A stretch of 64,000 bases of DNA, from assembly GCA_012295275.1 (NCBI GenBank), contig CM022676.1:11284001-11348000 (forward strand). Reading direction: 5' to 3'. Positions 50,761-64,000 of the stretch are shown in pieces. The stretch is from Chrysomallon squamiferum. Lineage: Eukaryota; Animalia; Mollusca. The notes below the pieces were generated by a model. It had not been told where the DNA came from, did no database searches, and saw only the letters and a program-made list of their open reading frames with translations. How positions within the stretch are numbered: position 1 is the stretch's first letter; every line of letters begins with the position of its first letter. A program made the position numbers and the translations under genes.

Positions 50761-51326
50761 AACAATTGTTATGTCATATAAAAATGAATTTCATTTTTAA
50801 TGGTGATATTAATTTATTAATCCACTGACTTTCTTTGTTTCATCATCTTCTTCGCTTGGAAGATTATTACTTTTAAGTAGAAATTTTTGTTTCATAATTT
50901 CTTTGACTGGAACTTCATTCTGTTACTGGAGTATCAATTAATAACGACGATGACGACTACAACAGTGAACGTTGTGGTTGTTTACTTTGTTACCTATATT
51001 TTTAGGATTAATAATTTACAATAAAGTATTTTGGCAATGATACATTCTGCTGAAAACAATTTTGGGAAAATAGTGTTTTTAAATATTCTTTTCTCATTTC
51101 GCGTGTGTTTCTGTATTTCATTGTTTATTTTCAAGGAAATGAATTTAGTCAACATTTAGAATGAAGTATCACCGGGTGCAGGATCGAATCACATGGGTTG
51201 TTTAGATACAATCAAACAGTGTTTTGTAATTGTTATTAGATGTTTTCTTTTCTTTTTAATGAAAAACTGAATCTTAGAAAACACGGAATATACGTATGTA
51301 TCTATGTATATATGTATGTATGTATG

Positions 51327-51360
<34 letters not shown>

Positions 51361-52669
51361 TATATGCATGTATGTATGTATGTATGTATATATGTATTTA
51401 TGTATCTATATATGTATGTATGTATGTATGTACGTACATATGTATATATCTATGTATGTATGTGTGTATGTATGTGTGCATGTATATATGTATGTTTGTA
51501 TGTATGTATGTATATATGTTTCTTTGTTTGCTTTTTTTATAGAAGCGAGAAGCACCACAGACAGATTGGTTTGCACTGAATCAAAAAAGAAGCTAATCTT
51601 CTTATTTTTTTTCAAAAGAAAAAGGAATAATGTCGATATATGTCAGACATAGAAATTTTCAAAAACACAACAAACTGGAGAGATGAAAAACACAACTGAA
51701 CATGAATAATACATATGTTATTTTTTGTACAGTAAATTATTGTCATGTTGTACCTGCATCCAGTCAACTGTGTTTTGTCAGTGCAATAAAATATTTATTT
51801 CACACACTGAAGTTTTTTCAATTGTCTCTTTCAGTCATATTTTTAAAACTTTCTTTTTCTGAATCGTTATTTTATTTATGACATTTATTCCTTTTTTTAA
51901 GGAGAATTCTTGTAAATTTTGTCTTTCTCATTACTAGGACTTCTTTACTGATTTACTTTCCTATGTCAACACGTCTATATCTATGTCATCGTGTTTTCAA
52001 TATCTGTATTATATGTTATCTAATACGTAACTAATTTGTATGTGTTTAATATCTGTATTATATGTTATCTAATACGTAACTAATTTGTATGTGTTTAATA
52101 TCTGCTTGTATTGGACACATCTAGACCACAGGTAAACTATTAAACAAAACACTCACTGTCTTTTTTGTAATAATATCTTTACTGCACTCTGTAATATTTT
52201 GTGTTTTCATGTTTCTTTCAGAGTTTTGTTTTGAACAGTGACATAAAACAATACAGTTTATCAGTTAGTAAAACACGACACAGACAAACCAGTTATTGAT
52301 TAACAAAACTGAACAAACTACACAATGAAGTAAAAATACAAATTCTAACTGTTGTGTTTTCTCTACTCGTCATGCCATACAGACAAAAACAACAGACGTT
52401 CAGACGAACAGTGAAATATTGACGAATGAATATACAAACTGCTGCAGATATTTTTGTTTTCATTACGAAGTTGATTATTTATTTACTGTTTTTTATTAAT
52501 ATATTCTTATTATTCTATATTCAGTTATTTTACTTTACTTATTTTAAAATAATATCACATTTTCAAAATAGTCACATTCAATTGTTTTGTGTTAAGCAGC
52601 TTTGGTTTGTGTTAAGATATTTATTTCTATAATTTATCACCGTCATCCTTTTTCTTAGACTTATTGATA

Positions 52670-53280
52670 CTGATATTGTTATTGATACTGATATTGTTAT
52701 TGATATAACTGTTATTGTTGTTATTGATATAACTGTTATTGTTGTTATTGATAAAACTGTTATTGTTGTTATTGATGTAACTGTTATTGTTGTTATTGAT
52801 GTAACTGTTATTGTTGTTATTGCTATAACTGTTATTGTTGTTATTGATATAACTGTTGTTGTTGTTGTTGTTGTGGAAGGAAAAGTCACTGATATACACT
52901 GAACACTAACTGTTCTTGTTGTTGTTGATGTAACTGTTGTTGTTGTTGTTGTGGAAGGAAAAGTCAGTGATACACACTGAACACTAACTGTTGTTGTTGT
53001 TGTTACTGTTGTGGAAGGAAAAGTCAGTGATACACACTGAACACTAACTGTTGTTGTTGTTGTTGTTGTGGAAGGAAAAGTCAGTGATACACACTGAACA
53101 CTAACTGTTGTTGTTGTTGTTATTGATGTAACTGTTGTTGTTGTTGTTGTTGTTGTGGAAGGAAAAGTCAGTGATACACACTGAACACTAACTGTTGTTG
53201 TTGTTGTTATTGATGTAACTGTTGTTGTTGTTGTTGTTGTTGTGGAAGGAAAAGTCAGTGATACACACTGAACACTAACG
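52670..53280. repeat. Composite tandem repeats (24-bp GATATAACTGTTATTGTTGTTATT; GTGGAAGGAAAAGTCAGTGATACACACTGAACACTAAC + (GTT)n units)
   Basis: Directly visible; a paralogous tract with different copy numbers lies at 58590-59235. Confidence 0.9.
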
Positions 53281-54044
53281 CAGGTGTGACCAGTACGAGA
53301 ATCTCGTCTTTGTTTAACACAAAACTCGGTTATCTGTGAAACTGTGTTTTCTTCACGTATGTTAACTAGAGATATTTTATTAATGTACTAACTTTTATAA
53401 GAATGTAATCTTTATATTTTCTATATCGCGGTTTACAAATTGTAAAGTTAGTTATTTGGTTGTAAGAGGCACTATATATATTTGGTATATAAATAAATAG
53501 CTCAAACTGTAGTTTTGTCAATGTGTTATTTATCTAGTGCAAATATATGTATAATTTAGTATCGCAATTTAAAATTGACGAATTTACGTATGGGCACATA
53601 TACTCATCCATGCAAATCTGCATGTGCACTAATAACAGTTAATCAAAAGCAGCAATTAAAATAACACATCAATACATTTCACATAATAAGTTGCCAATTT
53701 CTTTATAGTCAGAGTATTATATTTAACAATAGTCACAGTGGTGGTAGTTTTATTATTACTAGATGTGGTGTTGTTCTGATGTCTGTAACAGTAGCTGTGT
53801 TCGTACTAGTAGCACTAGTCGTTCTTGTGCATAACTAAACTAATACCAACAAAGTGAGGTCATTTGTAATTTTAAGGATTATAACATCATTTCCATTAAT
53901 ATTCTAGTTTTAAGAACTCTGACGTTTTTAATACGAATAGTACTCATATTTAAATACTATGTCATTTCTGTGAATATTACTAGAGACGAGACAGCATGAC
54001 GTCATTTGTGTAAGCAGCTGTTTGTGGCACACTGTGACGTCATT

Positions 54045-55955
<1,911 letters not shown>

Positions 55956-56575
55956 CGTACACTGACAGTTAAAAACAGCTGAAATGAAAGTTTATTTCTA
56001 AATAACAAGATAATAAAATTAGTAATTTTAACACCAATGAATCAATCCTATAGAATAAGTTCGAGTCGGACGATTTTAAAATGGTGAATACAACAAGCAC
56101 TGAACGTTGGCAAATTAACAGATATGATTGATTTATATAGTGTTAGTGTGTGTATGTGTGTGTGGTAATCAATATGTGACTCGTGTGATCTCTTTGAAAA
56201 GCAAACAGAATATTCAACGGAAGACGCAATTTGTGCCAGAAATCCAACATTTTGTCAACAGTGTAGAATAGAAAATAGATTTCATATCGAATGTTTCTAT
56301 CTTTCTTTCTTCATACGAAAACGAAATAAAAGTCATTTAATTGTTGTTGTTGTTTTTTTGAAACGACAGTTCTTACATTTTGTTTAGTGACAGTTTTTTT
56401 TTGTTCTACAAATTGATTAATCACTGGTTCATGTTTTAGGTGTCTCAGCGGGTGAGTTGAATTCGAAACACGGAAACGTGAAATCGAAGACATTGATATT
56501 CAACACTGAACAAAACAAAAATTAAAACTGCTATTCATTACAGATAAGAAACACGAGACAGACAGACAGACAGAC

Positions 56576-56686
<111 letters not shown>

Positions 56687-57232
56687 AACAATTGTTATGT
56701 CATATAAAAATGAATTTCATTTTTAATGGTGATATTAATTTATTAATCCAGTGACTTTCTTTGTTTCATCATCTTCTTCGCTTGGAAGATTATTACTTTT
56801 AAGTAGAAATTTTTGTTTCATAATTTCTTTGACTGGAACTTCATTCTGTTACTGGAGTATCAATTAATAACGACGATGACGACTACAACAGTGAACGTTG
56901 TGGTTGTTTACTTTGTTACCTATATTTTTAGGATTAATAATTTACAATAAAGTATTTTGGCAATGATACATTCTGCTGAAAACAATTTTGGGAAAATAGT
57001 GTTTTTAAATATTCTTTTCTCATTTCGCGTGTGTTTCTGTATTTCATTGTTTATTTTCAAGGAACTGAATTTAGTCAACATTTAGAATGAAGTATCACCG
57101 GGTGCAGGATCGAATCACTTGGGTTGCTTAGATACAATCAAACAGTGTTTTGTAATTCTTATTAGATGTTTTTTTTTTTTTTTAATGACAAACTGAATCC
57201 TAGAAAACACGGAATATACGTATGTATCTATG

Positions 57233-57294
<62 letters not shown>

Positions 57295-59532
57295 TGTATG
57301 TATGTATGTATGTATGTATGTATGTATGCATGTATGTATGTATGTATGTTTGTTTGTATGTATGTATGTATGTTTGTATGTATGTATATATATGTATGTA
57401 TGTATGTATATATGTCTGTATGTATGTATGTATGTATGTATGTTTGTATGTATGTTTGTTTTATTGAACTGAGAAGCACCAGGGATATATTCGTTTGTAC
57501 CGAATCGAAAAAGCAGCTAATATTTTATTTTTTTATATATTTTTTTTTATTTTTTTTATTTCTGAAAGAACAAAAAAATAATGTCGATACGTGTCAGACA
57601 TAGAAATTTTCAAAAACACAACAAACTGGAGAGATGAAAAACACAACTGAACATGAATAATACATATGTTATTTTTTGTACAGTAAATTATTGTTATGTT
57701 GTACCTGCATCCAGTCAACTGTGTTTTGTCAGTACAATAAAATATTTATTTCACACACTGAAGTTTTTTCAATTTTCTCTTTCAGTCATATTTTTAAAAC
57801 TTTCTTTTTCTGAATCGTTATTTTTTTTATGACATTTATTCCTTTTTTTAAGGAGAATTCTTGTAAATTTTGTCTTTCTCATTACTAGGACTTCTTTACT
57901 GATTTCCGTTCGTGTCTATGTAAAAATGTTAATTGTCACCATGTTTTCAATATCTGTATTATATGTTATGTCACACGCAACTAATGTGTATATGTTTAAT
58001 ATCTGCTTAATATTGTATACATTTAGTTCACAGGTAAACTATTTAACAAAACACTCACTGTCTTTTTTTTTTAATACTATCTTTACTGTACTCTGTAATA
58101 TTTTGGGTTTTCATGTTTCTTTTAGTGTTTTGTTGTTCGGTGTAGAGAACTGTTTCTATGAACAGTGACATAAAACAATACAGTTTATCAGTTTGTAAAA
58201 CACGACACAGACAAACCAGTTATTGATTAAAAAAAACTTAACAAACTATACAATGAAATAAAAAGAAAAATTCTAACTGTTGTCTTTTCTCTACTCGTCA
58301 TGGCATACAGACAAAAACAACAGACGTTCAGACGAACAGTGAAATATTGACGAATGAATATACAAACTGGTGTAGTTATTTTTATTTTCATTACGAAGTT
58401 GATAAATTATTTACTGTTTTTTTTTATTAATTTATTATTTTTATTCTATATTCAGTTATTTTACTTTAGTTATTTTAAAATAATATCACATTTTCGAAAT
58501 GGTCACATTCAATAGTTTTGTGTAAAGCAGCTTTGGAGAGTGTTAAATACGATATTTATTTCTATAATTTATCATCCTTTTTCTTAGACTTATTGATACT
58601 GATATTGTTATTGATATTGATATCTTATTGATACTGATATTCTTATTGATACTGATATTCTTATTGATACTGATATTGTTATTGATACTCATATTGTTAT
58701 TGATATAACTGTTATTGTTGTTATTGATATAACTGTTATTGTTGTTATTGATGTAACTGTTATTGTTGTTATTGATAAAACTGTTATTGTTGTTATTGAT
58801 ATAACTGTTATTGTTGTTGATGTAACTGTTATTGTTGTTATTGATAAAACTGTTATTGTTGTTATTGATATAACTGTTATTGTTGTTATTGATGTAACTG
58901 TTATTGTTGTTATTGATATAACTGTTATTGTTGTTATTGATATAACTGTTATTGTTGTTATGTAACTGTTATTGTTGTTATTGATATAACTCTTATTGTT
59001 GTTATTGATGTAACTGTTGTTGTTGATACACACTGAACTCTTATTGTTGTTATTGATGTAACTGTTGTTGTTGTTACTGTTGTGGAAGGAAAAGTCAGTG
59101 ATACACACTGAACACTAACTGTTGTTGTTGTTGTTGTTGTGGAAAGAAAAGTCAGTGATACACACTGAACACTAACTGTTGTTGTTGTTGTTGTTGTGGA
59201 AAGAAAAGTCAGTGATATACACTGAACACTAACGCAGGTGTGACCAGTACGAGAATCTCGTCTTTGTTTAACACAAAACTCGGTTATCTGTGAAACTGTG
59301 TTTTCTTCACGTATGTTAACTAGAGATATTTCATTAATGTACTAAAGTTTATAAGAACGTAATCTTTATATTATCTAGTTTCTATGTATAAATTACATAA
59401 AATAACGAAAATAATAATACATATGTATTACTAATTATAATCCGTAAAGAAACCTGGTTCAACTGACGATATAAGCAAATAAATAAACTTCTGTTCGATC
59501 ATGCGTAGTACTCTTTGACAGGAAAACACTCG

Positions 59533-59805
59533 AACACGAACTTTTAACAGCAGTTTTTAAACTGTAAAGTCAGTCAGTCAGTTGTAAGATATGACACTCC
59601 ACTGTGACAGTCTAACACTGCTTAACACGAACTTTTAACAGCAGTTTTTAAATTGTAAAGTCAGTCAGTTAGTTGTAAGATATGACACTCCACTGTGACA
59701 GTCTAACACTGCTTAACACGAACTTTTAACAGCAGTTTTTAAATTGTAAAGTCAGTCAGTTAGTTGTAAGATATGACACTCCACTGTGACAGTCTAACAC
59801 TGCTT
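59533..59805. repeat. 91-bp tandem repeat x3 inside a D-E spacer-specific insertion
   Basis: Units start at 59533, 59624 and 59715 (AACACGAACTTTTAACAGCAG...CTAACACTGCTT). Confidence 0.93.
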
Positions 59806-59954
59806 TGAAAACTGTTCTTTCCATGGATTCGCTTTTCTCTTCGATTTCGCGGTTTTCGCAGGAATCTTGTAACTTCTGGATCAGAGTAAAAGTTCAACTT
59901 GTTCTTTTGGGAAGCGAAATCCCGCAGACGACAGCGGTTCCATTTGATGAACAA

Positions 59955-60265
59955 AAACATAAACAAAATCATCAACATAAACGTAAACATAAACATAAAC
60001 ATAAACATAAACATAAACATAAACATAAACATAAACGTAAACAAACATAAACATAAACATAAACATAAACATAAACATAAACATAAACATAAACATAAAC
60101 ATAAACACAAACATAAACATAAACATAAACGTAAACAAACATAAACATAAACATAAACATAAACATAAACATAAACATAAACATAAACATAAACATAAAC
60201 ATAAACATAAACATAAACAAACATAAACATAAACATAAACATAAACATAAACATAGACATAAATA
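59955..60265. repeat. (AAACAT)n hexanucleotide tract
   Basis: Directly visible. Confidence 0.95.
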
Positions 60266-60545
60266 CATTTTAACAAAATAACTTGATTTTCCCGTGACCG
60301 ATTCCGTCTTTTATTATTTTCACTCAGATTTCAACAAATATATGTATAATTTAGTATCGCAATTTAAAATTGACGAATTTACGTATGGGCACATATCCTC
60401 ATCCATGCAAATCTGCATGTGCACTAATAACAGTTAATCAAAAGCAACAATTAAAATAACACATTAATACATTTCACATAATAAGTTGCCAATTTCTTTA
60501 TAGTCAGAGTATTAAATTTTACAATAGTCACACTGTGACGTCATT

Positions 60546-64000
<3,455 letters not shown>

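Noticed and set aside
52870-53280. Conserved ~38-bp repeat separated by variable-length spacers (CRISPR-like look)
   Set aside because: The spacers are just (GTT)n slippage variants; this is an ordinary compound minisatellite, also present at 59080-59235.

Overview
AT-rich, microsatellite-dense, intron-containing animal DNA, probably an invertebrate such as a mollusc or other lophotrochozoan (inference). In order, the window holds: a decayed Ty3/gypsy (Gmr1-like) pol remnant; an internally deleted Tc1 element; a small unrecognised gene (-) for a 121-aa signal-peptide + 11-mer-repeat + GPI-like protein; TLCD5/TMEM136 (-, 3 coding exons); and, head-to-head with it across a short shared promoter, a SPA17-like RIIa docking/dimerisation gene (+). 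The probable last exon of that gene is a ~2.85-kb Glu/Lys/Pro/Gln/Thr/Val repeat exon, and its large intron has a well-spaced TATA-Inr promoter that could give an RIIa-less isoform. From ~36 kb to the end is a tandem array of five 5-exon PAN/Apple + fibrinogen-domain (FReD) lectin genes (-), with a period of ~5.3-6.6 kb, probably continuing beyond the window. Copies B-E are near-identical in the scaffold exon but vary in mosaic fashion at ficolin ligand-pocket positions. Copy A is frameshifted in its own last exon but has a rearranged in-frame duplicate of that exon downstream. All gene models were assembled by hand from splice signals and reading-frame phase; no database search was run.
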